Assembly: GCA_965248835.1 (NCBI GenBank)
Contig: CBDFLJ010000001.1
Location: 2,176,001 to 2,240,000 of the forward strand
Direction: 5' to 3'
DNA length: 64,000 nt
DNA from: Alphaproteobacteria bacterium
GTDB lineage: Bacteria; Pseudomonadota; Alphaproteobacteria; MPNO01
Below the pieces are notes generated by a model, which saw nothing but the letters and a program-made list of their open reading frames with translations, made no database searches and was not told the origin of the DNA. Of the stretch, positions 9,919 through 23,022 are shown piece by piece (the stretch's first letter is position 1; each line of letters starts with the position of its first letter). A program made the position numbers and the translations under genes.

Positions 9919-12888
9919 TTGACGATCATCGCGCGCGACTTCCTCACGGAGGCCGCGATCCGGCCTCGGCCGGCCGACAAGGCGGCGGTCGCGCTGGCCT
10001 TCCAGCGCTGGGACGAAGAGGCCGAGTCCGCCGGCGGCGAGACCGCTGAACACGCCCGGGCGATCGCTGCGGACGCTGACGGCCATGCGTTGCTGTCTGC
10101 GCTCTTCGGCAACAGCCCATATCTCACACAATGCGCCGTCCGCGACATCGGGTTCGCTTGTGAATTGCTTGCCGAGGGGCCTCGATCGGCATGGGATCGC
10201 ATGGTCGCGACGCTGGCCTCCGTACCGCCGCAGCATGCGGATACCGATGAAATAAAGAACACGTTACGACTCGCCAAGAGGCGATCTGCGCTGGCCACCG
10301 CCCTGGCCGATCTTTCAGGGGTCTGGTCGGTCGAACAGGTCGGGGAGGCGCTCAGTGCGTTTGCCGAGGACGCGCTAGGCCTTTCGGTCCGCCATCTGAT
10401 CGCCAGGGCGGCGGCGGCCGGCGAATTCGCCGGCGGCGTGGCCGACGAGGACCCGGCGCGCGGCTCGGGTTGGATCGTGCTCGGCATGGGCAAGCTCGGC
10501 GGCCGCGAACTCAACTATTCGAGCGATATCGACCTCGTCGTGCTCTACGACGACGAGGTCGCCCGGTACACCGGCAAGACCAGCCTGCAGCAATGCATGG
10601 TCCGCATGACCCGGGACCTGGTCCGGATGATGGCGGAGCGCACCGCCGCCGGCTACGTCTTCCGCACCGACCTGCGGCTGAGGCCCGATCCCGGCTCGAC
10701 CCCGGTGGCGATCTCGACCCGGGCGGCGGAGACCTATTACGAAAGCGCCGGTCAGAACTGGGAACGGGCGGCCATGATCAAGGCGCGGCCGGTGGCCGGC
10801 GACATCGCGGCGGGCGAGGCGTTCCTGGAGATCCTGCGTCCGTTCATCTGGCGCAGGAACCTCGATTTCGCCGCGATCCAGGACATCCACTCGATCAAGC
10901 GCCAGATTCACGCCCAGCGCGGCGGCTCGTCCATCGCGGTGGCCGGGCACAACATCAAGCTCGGCCGCGGCGGCATCCGCGAGATCGAGTTCTTCGCCCA
11001 GACCCAGCAGCTCATCTGGGGCGGGCGGCATCCGGACCTGCGGCCGCGGGCGACCTGCGATGCGCTGCGTGCGCTCGCCGCCTCCGGGCAGCTGGAATCG
11101 ATCGTCAGCGGCCGGCTGATTCAGGCCTATCGCTTCCTGCGCCGGCTGGAGAACCGGCTGCAGATGGTCGACGACCAGCAGACCCATGCGATACCCGAGG
11201 CCGAGGCGGCGCTCGACGGGATCGCGGCGATGATGGGCCATGGCGACGTGGCCGCGTTCCGCACCGCGCTCCTGGAGGAGTTGCGCGCCGTGGAGTCGCA
11301 CTACGCGGTGCTGTTCGAGAAGAGCCCCGACCTGTCGGGGCCCGGCAACCTGGTCTTCACCGGCGCCGATGACGACCCGGAGACCCTCAAGACGCTCGAG
11401 CGGCTCGGCTTCCGCGACCCCGCCATGGTCGCCGGCCGCATCCGGGTCTGGCATCACGGACGCTACGCCGCAACCCGCAGCGCGCGCGCGCGAGAGCTCC
11501 TGACCGAACTGATCCCGACGATCCTGGAGAACTCCTCGCGCACGATCGACCCGGACGCGGCGCTGTTGAAGTTCGACGACTTCCTCAGGGCGTTGCCGGC
11601 GGGCGTCCAGCTCCTGTCGCTGTTCAGCAACAACCCGGCGCTGCTCGCGCTGGTGGCCCGGATCATGGGCAGCGCGCCGCGGCTCGCCGACTGGTTGAGC
11701 CGCCATCCCATCCTGCTCGACGGCGTGCTCAGCAGCGATTTCTTCGACGCGACGCCGACCGAGGCCGCCCTGGAGGGCGCGTTGGCGGGCGCGCTGGCCC
11801 AGGCCCGCGATTTTCAGGACGTGCTCGACATCGCCCGGCGCTGGAACAACGACAGGACCTTTCAGGTCGGCGCCCAGATCCTCGACGACCGGATCACGGT
11901 CGAAGATGCCGCCGGGGTGCTGTCCAACGTCGCGGCGACGGTGATCCGAGCGATTCTACCGGCGACCGCCCGCGAGTTCGCGCGCGCCCACGGCGCGGTG
12001 CCGGGCGGCGCGTTCGCAGTCGTGGCCTTCGGCAAGCTCGGCGGGGCGGAGCTCATGGTCGGCTCCGATCTCGATTTGATGTTCGTCTACGACGCGCCGG
12101 GCGAGGTCGCCGAATCGGACGGCGCGAAACCCTTGGCGAGCCCAGCCTATTTCGCCCGGCTTTGCCAGCGCTTCATCGGCGCGATGAACGCGCCAACCGC
12201 CGAGGGCCGGCTTTATGAGATCGACATGCGGCTTCGCCCGGCCGGCGCGGCCGGCCCCATCGCGACCTCGCTGGCGGCGTTCACCCGCTACCAGGAGAGC
12301 GATGCGTGGACCTGGGAGCATATGGCGCTCACCCGTGCCAGGGTGATCGCCGCACCCGCGCCGCTGGCCGCCCGGCTCGAAACGCAGATCAGGGCTGTGC
12401 TGACCGCCGAGCGCGATGCGGCCGCACTGGCGCGCGCGGTCGCGGACATGCGCGCGCGAATGGCCCGCGAGCACGGCGCCAAGGACTGGTGGGTGATCAA
12501 GCACTATCGCGGCGGGCTGATCGACATCGAATTCATCGCCCAATACCTCCAGCTCCGGCACGCCGCCGTCCACCCGGAGGTTCTGGCACCGAACACCGCG
12601 GACGCGCTGGCCCGGCTTGCCGCCGCCGGGGTGCTCGACGGCGCCACGGCAACCGAGCTGATCGAAGCGACGCGGTTGTGGCGCCGTCTGCAGGGCGTCT
12701 TGCGGCTCGCCTTCGGCGGCGGCTCGGGCGGGCGCGAGGCGTCCGCCGAGCGCCGGGGTTTCATCGCCCACGTGGTCGGGGCCGAAGACTTCGCCGATCT
12801 GGAGCGCCGGTGCATCGAAGTCGCCGCGCGCGTGCGGGCGCATTTCACGGCAATAGTCGAGGCGTCGGCGCGGCGGTCGCCGTCCTGA
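9919..12888 (+). CDS. glnE: Glutamine synthetase adenylyltransferase/deadenylase
   Basis: Two NTase domains: GMGKLGGRELNYSSDIDL and AFGKLGGAELMVGSDLDL; DLRLRP / DMRLRP. Confidence 0.95.
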   Translation: MTIIARDFLTEAAIRPRPADKAAVALAFQRWDEEAESAGGETAEHARAIAADADGHALLSALFGNSPYLTQCAVRDIGFACELLAEGPRSAWDRMVATLASVPPQHADTDEIKNTLRLAKRRSALATALADLSGVWSVEQVGEALSAFAEDALGLSVRHLIARAAAAGEFAGGVADEDPARGSGWIVLGMGKLGGRELNYSSDIDLVVLYDDEVARYTGKTSLQQCMVRMTRDLVRMMAERTAAGYVFRTDLRLRPDPGSTPVAISTRAAETYYESAGQNWERAAMIKARPVAGDIAAGEAFLEILRPFIWRRNLDFAAIQDIHSIKRQIHAQRGGSSIAVAGHNIKLGRGGIREIEFFAQTQQLIWGGRHPDLRPRATCDALRALAASGQLESIVSGRLIQAYRFLRRLENRLQMVDDQQTHAIPEAEAALDGIAAMMGHGDVAAFRTALLEELRAVESHYAVLFEKSPDLSGPGNLVFTGADDDPETLKTLERLGFRDPAMVAGRIRVWHHGRYAATRSARARELLTELIPTILENSSRTIDPDAALLKFDDFLRALPAGVQLLSLFSNNPALLALVARIMGSAPRLADWLSRHPILLDGVLSSDFFDATPTEAALEGALAGALAQARDFQDVLDIARRWNNDRTFQVGAQILDDRITVEDAAGVLSNVAATVIRAILPATAREFARAHGAVPGGAFAVVAFGKLGGAELMVGSDLDLMFVYDAPGEVAESDGAKPLASPAYFARLCQRFIGAMNAPTAEGRLYEIDMRLRPAGAAGPIATSLAAFTRYQESDAWTWEHMALTRARVIAAPAPLAARLETQIRAVLTAERDAAALARAVADMRARMAREHGAKDWWVIKHYRGGLIDIEFIAQYLQLRHAAVHPEVLAPNTADALARLAAAGVLDGATATELIEATRLWRRLQGVLRLAFGGGSGGREASAERRGFIAHVVGAEDFADLERRCIEVAARVRAHFTAIVEASARRSPS

Positions 12889-12910
12889 CGTCGGGCGATC
12901 GGCCGCCCGC

Positions 12911-13930
12911 TCAGTGCCGCCGCGGCAGCTTCATGTAGTCGTAACGGTCGCCCGCCTTCACCCGCACCGACAGCACGTCGTCATCACGCAGCACCGTGAA
13001 CCGCAGCGCGGCGCCGGGTCCGCCGGCCTCCCATAGCGTGCGGTAGTAATGGCCGAGCCCGCTGACCGCGACGCCTTCCAGCGACAACACGACATCGCCG
13101 GGCTCCATGCCGGCCTGGTCGGCCGGGGCGTTGGGTGCGACCCCGGTGACGATCAACCGGCCCGCGGCCTCGCCGACATACATGCCGAGCCAGGGCCGTC
13201 CCGCGCGCTCGGCGCGTCCGGTCCGGACCATCGAGCCCTTGATCGGCGCCAGAAGGTCGATCGGCACGAACATGTTGCCGGGGACCACATCGCCGCCGTC
13301 CACCGAGTGCTCGATATAGAGCGAGCCGGTGCCGACCAGCCTGCCGGCCCGATCGATCAGCGCCGCGCCGCCCCAAAAGGGGTGCATGGGCACGGTGTAG
13401 ATCGCCTCGTCCAGCATGTACTCCCAAGCGCCGGCGAACTCGTGGATCGAGACCACCTGGGCGGCGATGGCATGGCTCGCCCCGCCGAACGAGGCGACGA
13501 CCACCGGATCGGCCTCGGCCAGTTCCGCCGACCGGCCGACCTCGATCGGCGGGATATCGAGCGGCTCCAGGGCGCGGACCATGCCGAAACCGGTCTCGTG
13601 GTCATAGGCGATCGGCTCGGCGCGGATCGTGCGGCCGTCGCGCGGGATAAGAAAGACCGTTTCCGCCTCGCTGACCAGATAGCCGATGGTGAGCACGAGC
13701 CCGTCGGCATCGATCAGCACACCGTTGCCCTCGCGCTCGGTCCCCAGGATGGTCGCGGTGAACGCACCGGTCGGCACCTCGGCATGCAGCTTGAAGACCG
13801 CGCCGAGCACGCCGTCCAGGTCGTAGTCGAGCTTCGCCGGGTCGGGGTGAGGCGCGCCCTGCAGAGCCGGATGCAGGACATCAAGCACCCCGTGGGGCCG
13901 GCGGCCGTTGGCGCGTTCGATGCCGGTCAT
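12911..13930 (-). CDS. S1C trypsin-like protease-fold protein with PDZ domain
   Basis: GNGVLID..GLVLTIGYL, GGAALIDRAGRLVG, RPWLG + PDZ; catalytic triad not evident. Confidence 0.8.
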   Translation of the reverse strand: MTGIERANGRRPHGVLDVLHPALQGAPHPDPAKLDYDLDGVLGAVFKLHAEVPTGAFTATILGTEREGNGVLIDADGLVLTIGYLVSEAETVFLIPRDGRTIRAEPIAYDHETGFGMVRALEPLDIPPIEVGRSAELAEADPVVVASFGGASHAIAAQVVSIHEFAGAWEYMLDEAIYTVPMHPFWGGAALIDRAGRLVGTGSLYIEHSVDGGDVVPGNMFVPIDLLAPIKGSMVRTGRAERAGRPWLGMYVGEAAGRLIVTGVAPNAPADQAGMEPGDVVLSLEGVAVSGLGHYYRTLWEAGGPGAALRFTVLRDDDVLSVRVKAGDRYDYMKLPRRH

Positions 13931-14122
13931 GGCTCCACGCCGGAGCGCGTGCGGTTGCGCCGTTCCATGGAAGCAGGCTAGCGCCTGGCCGCGGCCGCGA
14001 CAAATGCATTATTCACCGGCCGGCTTGCCCCTTGGGGTCCCGTGGCACGAGATGTCGGGCTGGAAGCCGGGCCGACCGGAACCCTTGACAAGCGCCGTGT
14101 GCCCGGGGACAAGCCTCGGGTC

Positions 14123-15187
14123 ATGGATTTCGGAGTGAGTTTCGCGAGCGCGGCGGAACATTGGCGCGTGGCCAAGCGGGCCGAGGCGCTGGGGTTCAGC
14201 CACGCGTGGTTCTCCGACACCCAGCTCCTCAACGCCGACGTGTTCGTCGCCATGGCCGCGGCGGCGATGGAGACCACGAAGATCCGGCTGGGCAGCGCGG
14301 TGGTGGTGCCGTCCAACCGGATCGCGCCGGTCACCGCTAACGCGCTTGCTTCGCTCAACAAGCTCGCCCCGGGCCGGATCGATTTCGGCATCTCGACGGG
14401 CTTCACCGCGCGGCGAACGATGGGCCTGGGCGCGGTGAGCCTGGCCGAGATGGAGGACTATATCGAGATCGTCCGCGGCCTGCTCGATTGCCGGACCGTC
14501 GAATGGACCGGCGAGGGCCGCCGCCGCAAGGTGCGGTTTCTCAATCCCGAGCTCGGCCTGATCAACACCACCGATCCGGTCCGGCTGCACGTCTCGGCGA
14601 TGGGCTCGAGGAGCCGACGGCTGACCGCTCGGCTGGGCGCCGGCTGGATGAGCAGCATCCCCGGGCTCGACTACGGCACCGCGGCGATCGCAGACATGCA
14701 GGCGGCCTGGGCCGCGGCCGGGCGGCCGGCGGCGGCGCTGTATTCGACCGCAATCACCGGCGGCTGCGTCCTGGCCGAGGGCGAGCCTTTCGACAGCCCC
14801 AAGGCGAAGGCGCTCGCCGGTCCCGCCGCCGCGGTGACCCTGCACAACCTGGTCGAGCAGGAGCGGTTTGGAAGCATCAGGCTCGGCCTGCCGGCGGCGC
14901 TGGAAGATCTCCTGGACCGCTACCGGGCGCTCTATGAGTCCTACGAGCCGGAGGATGCGCGCTACCTGACTCTCCACCGCGGCCACCTGCTGTTCCTGAG
15001 ACCGGACGAAGAGCCGCTGATCACCGCCGATCTGATCAAACACACCACGATCACCGGCACCAGGGCGGCGCTGCGCGAGCAGATCCGGGCTCTGGAGCGC
15101 GCCGGGTTCAGCCAGTTCTCCTGCCATATCCGATACGGCCACGAGTCCTCGATCGAGGACTGGGTCGATGTCATCGAGGGGCTCTGA
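14123..15187 (+). CDS. LLM-class flavin-dependent oxidoreductase
   Basis: MDFGV...AEALGFSHAWFSDT, TTKIRLG, LAPGRIDFGI. Confidence 0.85.
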   Translation: MDFGVSFASAAEHWRVAKRAEALGFSHAWFSDTQLLNADVFVAMAAAAMETTKIRLGSAVVVPSNRIAPVTANALASLNKLAPGRIDFGISTGFTARRTMGLGAVSLAEMEDYIEIVRGLLDCRTVEWTGEGRRRKVRFLNPELGLINTTDPVRLHVSAMGSRSRRLTARLGAGWMSSIPGLDYGTAAIADMQAAWAAAGRPAAALYSTAITGGCVLAEGEPFDSPKAKALAGPAAAVTLHNLVEQERFGSIRLGLPAALEDLLDRYRALYESYEPEDARYLTLHRGHLLFLRPDEEPLITADLIKHTTITGTRAALREQIRALERAGFSQFSCHIRYGHESSIEDWVDVIEGL

Positions 15188-15233
15188 GCTCGGACGCGGC
15201 CCGGTCGGCGCGACGTGCCTGGATCCTTGCCGC

Positions 15234-16365
15234 CTATTGGGCGGTCGGCGGCTGGGCGGTTGATCCGGCGCCGAGCCGCGCCGCCAGCGCGGCGGTCATG
15301 AAGTCGTCGAGGTCGCCGTCGAGCACAGCCTGCGGGTTGCCCTTCTCGACGTTGGTCCTGAGGTCCTTGACGATCTGGTAGGGCTGCAGGACGTAAGAGC
15401 GGATCTGGTGGCCCCAACCGATCTCGGACTTTGCCTCGTGCTCGGCCTGGGCCTCGGCCTCGCGGCGTTGCAGCTCCCGCTCGTAGAGCCGGGCGCGGAG
15501 CATCGTGAAGGCGGCTGCCCGGTTCCTGTGCTGCGACCGGTCGTTCTGGCACTGGACGACGATCCCGGTCGGCAGATGGGTGATTCGCACGGCGCTGTCG
15601 GTCCGGTTGACGTGCTGGCCGCCGGCGCCCGAAGCACGGTAGGTGTCGATCCGCAGGTCCTTCTCCTCGATCTCGATGTCGATATTGTCCTCGATCACCG
15701 GATAGGCCCAGACCGAAGCGAAGCTGGTGTGGCGCCGGGCGCTGGCGTCGTAGGGCGAGATGCGCACCAGGCGGTGGACCCCGCTTTCGGTCTTGAGCCA
15801 GCCATAGGCGTTCTCGCCCTTGATGCGCAGCGTGGTCGATTTGATCCCGGCCTCCTCGCCCGGACTTTCTTCGATCCATTCGACCGAGTAGCCGTGCGCC
15901 TCGGCCCAGCGGGTATACATCCGCGCCAGCATCTCGGCCCAGTCCTGCGATTCGGTGCCGCCGGCACCGGCATGGACCTCCAGGAAGCTGTCGTTGCCGT
16001 CGGCCTCGCCCGACAGCAGGCTCTCCGCTTCGAGCCGGGCGGTTTTGGCGTGCAGGTCGAGCAGCGCGGCCTCGGCCTCGGCGACGATCTCGGCGTCGTT
16101 CTCGGCTTCGCCCAGCTCGATCAACTCGCGGTTCTCCGCCACGCCGCGCTCCAACGCCAAATAGCGCTCGAGCGCGGCCTCGAGCCGGGTACGCTCGCGC
16201 ATCACCTCGCGCGCGCTGCCGGGATCGTTCCAAAGATCGGGGGCTTCCGCCCGCGCGTTCAGTTCGACCAAGCGTGCCTGCGCGGCCTCGGGGTCAAAGG
16301 TGCCTCCTCAGCAGCGCCAGGGACTGCTCGATATCGCTCAGGACGGATTCGATTTCGGCTCGCAT
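15234..16365 (-). CDS. prfB: Peptide chain release factor 2 with programmed +1 frameshift
   Basis: [23 protein letters not shown] then CTT TGA C; [21 protein letters not shown] in second frame. Confidence 0.96.
16293..16308 (-). promoter_or_regulatory. prfB frameshift site AGGAGG-CAC-CTT-TGA-C
   Basis: Internal SD 3 nt upstream of slippery CTT TGA C on minus strand. Confidence 0.95.
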
Positions 16366-16401
16366 TGGATGGGCACTCAGGGGCAGACGGATTTCGCGAC
16401 C

Positions 16402-18858
16402 TCAATATAGGTCGCGCCGCGTCTCGGGTGTAGCCTGGATCATCCTGGCCGGATCTTCACCGCCGCGCAGCACCGTGCCCGGCCGGACGGGCTCGGTGCC
16501 GGGCTTGAAGGCCTCCAGGATCACCCCGTCGCCGCCGGCGGGCGCGACCAGCCCGGTCCGGGCATCGACACGGACCAGCCGGATGCCGGGCGGGATGCGG
16601 AACGGTATCGCGGGCCTGCCCTCGAGCGCGCCCTGCATGAAGTCGCGGAAAATCGGCGCGGCAACCGTCGCGCCGGACTCGCGCGGCCCCAGCGACCGCG
16701 GCGTATCGAATCCGACATAGACACCGACCGCGAGATCGGGCGTGAACCCGACGAACCAGCTATCGAAGCTCTGGTTCGTCGTTCCCGTCTTGCCGGCAAC
16801 CGGTTTGCCGACCGCACGGACCCGCCGCCCGGTGCCGCGCTGGACGACGCCTTCGAGCATCGAGACCACCTGGTAGGCGCTGCGCGGATCGGCGACCTGC
16901 TCGCGGGTATCGGGGGGCACCGGCTCGCCCTGCCCGGCCCAGGCGACCTTGCGGCAGCCATCGCAGGCGCGCTCATCGTGGCGGAACACCGTCCGTCCGT
17001 TACGGTCCTGGACCCGGTCCAGGAAGGTCGGCTCGATCCGCTTGCCGCCGTTGACCAGAATGGCATAGGCGGTGGTCAGCCGAAGCAGCGTCGTCTCGCC
17101 TGCGCCCAGCGCCATCGACAGCATGCGTGGAAGATGATCGACCACGCCCAGCCGCTCGGCATATTCGGCGACCGTCTCGATGCCGATCCGCTGGGCGAGC
17201 CGGATGGTCATCAGGTTGCGTGAACGCTCGATGCCGATCCGCATCGGACTCGGCCCATAGAACCGCTTGGAATAGTTGGATGGCTTCCACTTGCCGAGGC
17301 CCGGCCCCTGGTCGATGACGAACGGCGCATCGAGGATCGTGCTGGACGGTGTGAACCCGTTGTCGAGCGCGGCGAGATAGATGAAGGGCTTGAAGGCCGA
17401 GCCCGGCTGGCGCTTTGCCTGGGTGGCGCGGTTGAACTCGCTCGCCGCGTAGCTGAAGCCGCCCGACAGGGCGAGCACGCGCCCGGTATGGGGATCGAGC
17501 GCCACCAGCCCGCCGCCGACATCGGGGATCTGGCGCAGGTCGAAGTCGGAGACTTCCTGCGGTTCGGACCCGACGGCCGCGGCCTGTTCGTCCGTCCTTT
17601 CCGGCGGCGGGGCGCGTTCGACCAGCACGATGTCGCCGCGCGCCAGCACGTCGGCGGCGCTCCTTACCCGCCGGCCGAGCGTCTGGCCCTCCAGCCGCGG
17701 CCGTGCCCATTTGAGCCGGGCCAGCGGGATGCGGCCAAATTCGCCGGTGGCCAGCCGGATGGAGGCCGCATCCGTACCGGCCCCAACGACGACGGCGGGA
17801 ATCCAACGGGCCGGAAGGCCTTCCAGCGCGCCGGGCTCGAGCTGCGGAGCGAGCGGCAGGTCTGCATCGCCCCGGGCAACCGGGCCGCGCCAGCCGTGGC
17901 GGCGGTCGTAGGCGATGATGCCCTCGCGCAGCACCCGGTCGGCGATCGACTGGAGACGCGGATCGAGCGTGGTGCGGACCGACAACCCGCCGCCATAGAG
18001 CTGGGATTCGCCGAATTTCTCCGCCAGCTGGCGGCGGACCTCCTCGACGAAATATTCGGCCTTGGCGATCTTGATCGGCTCGACCTCGCGCAGCACGACC
18101 GGGCCGGAACGCGCCTGGGCCGCTTCGACCTGGGTGATGTATCCGTCCTTGAGCATGCGACCGATGACATAGTCGCGCCGCGCCCGCGCCGCGCCCGGGC
18201 GGCGATGGGGGTTGTAGTTGTTGGGCGCCTTGGGCAGCCCGGCGAGGAAAGCGGTTTCGGCCAGCGTCAGCTCGTCGAGCGGCTTGTTGAAATAGTTGAG
18301 CGCCGCCGCCGCAACGCCGTAGGAACCGAGCCCGAGATAGATCTCGTTGAGGTAGAGTTCCAGGATACGCTGCTTGGTCAGCGCGCGCTCGATCCTGAAG
18401 GCCAGGATGACCTCCTTGATCTTGCGCTTGTACGACAGGACGTTGGACAGCAGGAAGTTCTTGGCGACCTGCTGGGTGATGGTCGATGCGCCGACCGGCC
18501 GGCGGTTGGAGCCGATTCGCATGACGTTCTTGTACGCCGCGCTCAGAATCCCGGGCAGGTCGATCCCGGGATGGTCGAAGAACGTCTTGTCCTCGGCCGA
18601 GATGAAGGCGGTTATCACCCGGCGCGGGATCGCAGCGACCGGCACGAAGACCCGCTTCTCGGTGGCGAACTCGGCGAGCAGCCGGCCGTCGCCGGCGTGG
18701 ACGCGGCTGACCATCGGCGGCTCGTAGTCGGCGAGCTGGGCATAGTCCGGCAGTCCTCTGCCAAAACTGTAGGCCAGCCAGGCAAGGATGCCCACGCCGA
18801 TCACGCAGATTAGCCCCGCTGTCAGCGTGAGACTGCCGAGCGCCCTCAGGATACGCAT
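16402..18858 (-). CDS. mrcA: Penicillin-binding protein 1A
   Basis: SAEDKTF, GASTITQQVAKN; SAFK, SRN, KTG transpeptidase motifs. Confidence 0.95.
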   Translation of the reverse strand: MRILRALGSLTLTAGLICVIGVGILAWLAYSFGRGLPDYAQLADYEPPMVSRVHAGDGRLLAEFATEKRVFVPVAAIPRRVITAFISAEDKTFFDHPGIDLPGILSAAYKNVMRIGSNRRPVGASTITQQVAKNFLLSNVLSYKRKIKEVILAFRIERALTKQRILELYLNEIYLGLGSYGVAAAALNYFNKPLDELTLAETAFLAGLPKAPNNYNPHRRPGAARARRDYVIGRMLKDGYITQVEAAQARSGPVVLREVEPIKIAKAEYFVEEVRRQLAEKFGESQLYGGGLSVRTTLDPRLQSIADRVLREGIIAYDRRHGWRGPVARGDADLPLAPQLEPGALEGLPARWIPAVVVGAGTDAASIRLATGEFGRIPLARLKWARPRLEGQTLGRRVRSAADVLARGDIVLVERAPPPERTDEQAAAVGSEPQEVSDFDLRQIPDVGGGLVALDPHTGRVLALSGGFSYAASEFNRATQAKRQPGSAFKPFIYLAALDNGFTPSSTILDAPFVIDQGPGLGKWKPSNYSKRFYGPSPMRIGIERSRNLMTIRLAQRIGIETVAEYAERLGVVDHLPRMLSMALGAGETTLLRLTTAYAILVNGGKRIEPTFLDRVQDRNGRTVFRHDERACDGCRKVAWAGQGEPVPPDTREQVADPRSAYQVVSMLEGVVQRGTGRRVRAVGKPVAGKTGTTNQSFDSWFVGFTPDLAVGVYVGFDTPRSLGPRESGATVAAPIFRDFMQGALEGRPAIPFRIPPGIRLVRVDARTGLVAPAGGDGVILEAFKPGTEPVRPGTVLRGGEDPARMIQATPETRRDLY

Positions 18859-19012
18859 GGCGGCATCGGATTTCCGTGTTTCGCCGATCCGGCCCCCATC
18901 GGCGATCTAGACCGAAGTATGAGCGCAAGGGCTGGGGTCATGCAAGCGGGCTGACCGGTGTGCGATGGCGCGCGATCGACAACCGGGGCCACCGCAACCG
19001 GTTTCCCGTCCC

Positions 19013-21811
<2,799 letters not shown>

Positions 21812-22039
21812 CGATGCTCCTTGAACGGGTTGGTCGGGCGCTCCGGAACCGAACGTGAACCCGCACCGATCCACAGATAAGGTGGCGCCGTGGCCCTGTC
21901 AACGCGAGCCCGCGGCCGCGCCGGCCAAACAGAATGACCGTGGAACCGAATCGGCTATGATGCGGCTCCGGCGGGCCGCCGGCCCGGCCGGAGCGCGGCC
22001 CACGCTTCCGCGACGCGACACCGCCGAAAAGGACGCTCG

Positions 22040-22939
22040 ATGCTTGATTTTCCATTGTTGCGCGTGGCATTGCGCGCGGCATCGCTCGCGGCCGCGATCC
22101 TGGTCGCCGCCCAGGGACAGGTGCTGGCCCAAGACAGCCCGTCCAGCGCCGGCGCACCCGCCGATCCGGTGGTCGCCAAGGTGGGCGACCGCGAGGTCAG
22201 GCTGTCCGAACTCGTTGCGCTACGGGACACGCTGCCCGAACAAGTCCGCCAAGTGCCGCTGGAGCGGCTGTTCACGGCGCTGCGGCGCCAGATCATCGAT
22301 AGCGTGCTGATCTCCCACGCCGCCGAGGCGTCCGGCATCGACCGCGAGCCGGAAGTGGCCCGCCGGCTTGAAGCCGCCCGGCAGACGACCTTGCGCGGCA
22401 TCTACGTGGCGCAGATCGTCCAGAACGCGATGACCGCGCAGGCGATGCGCGCGACCTACGAACGGCTCAAGACGCGCACCGCCGGCCAGTCGCAGATTCG
22501 GGCAAGCCACATCCTGGTGAACACCGAACGCGAAGCGCTCGCGGTGATTGCCGAACTCGCCCGACCGGGGGCGGATTTCGCCGCCCTCGCACGCGCGCGC
22601 TCGATCGGCCCGTCCGGCGCGAATGGCGGCGACCTCGGGTTCTTCGACCACGGCGCAATGGTCAAGCCCTTCGCCGATGCCGCCTTCGCGCTCGAGCCCG
22701 GACAGTTGAGCCCCAAGCCCGTGCGCTCCCAGTTCGGCTGGCACGTCATCAAGCTGGTCGCGCGCCGGCCGGTGCCGGTGCCGCGTTTCGAAGACGCCGC
22801 GGAGGCGTTGCGCGAGGAGATCGCCGAGCTCGCGATCGCCGGCCTGGTCCGCGAGCTTCGCGGCAAGATCCCGGTGCTGCGCTTCACGATCGACGGAAGG
22901 CTCGAACGCCCCAGCGGGATCCGGCGGGTCCCGCGCTGA
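22040..22939 (+). CDS. Parvulin-type peptidyl-prolyl isomerase, exported
   Basis: Signal peptide; RASHILV, NGGDLGFF, MVKPFADAAF, SQFGWHVIK. Confidence 0.9.
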   Translation: MLDFPLLRVALRAASLAAAILVAAQGQVLAQDSPSSAGAPADPVVAKVGDREVRLSELVALRDTLPEQVRQVPLERLFTALRRQIIDSVLISHAAEASGIDREPEVARRLEAARQTTLRGIYVAQIVQNAMTAQAMRATYERLKTRTAGQSQIRASHILVNTEREALAVIAELARPGADFAALARARSIGPSGANGGDLGFFDHGAMVKPFADAAFALEPGQLSPKPVRSQFGWHVIKLVARRPVPVPRFEDAAEALREEIAELAIAGLVRELRGKIPVLRFTIDGRLERPSGIRRVPR

Positions 22940-23022
22940 GCCCGCTTCGTGCGCGATAGACTCCGCGCGTGCCACGGGGCATAAGCCTCGCGGACGACGA
23001 CGGCCGACCAGGAACGCCGAGA

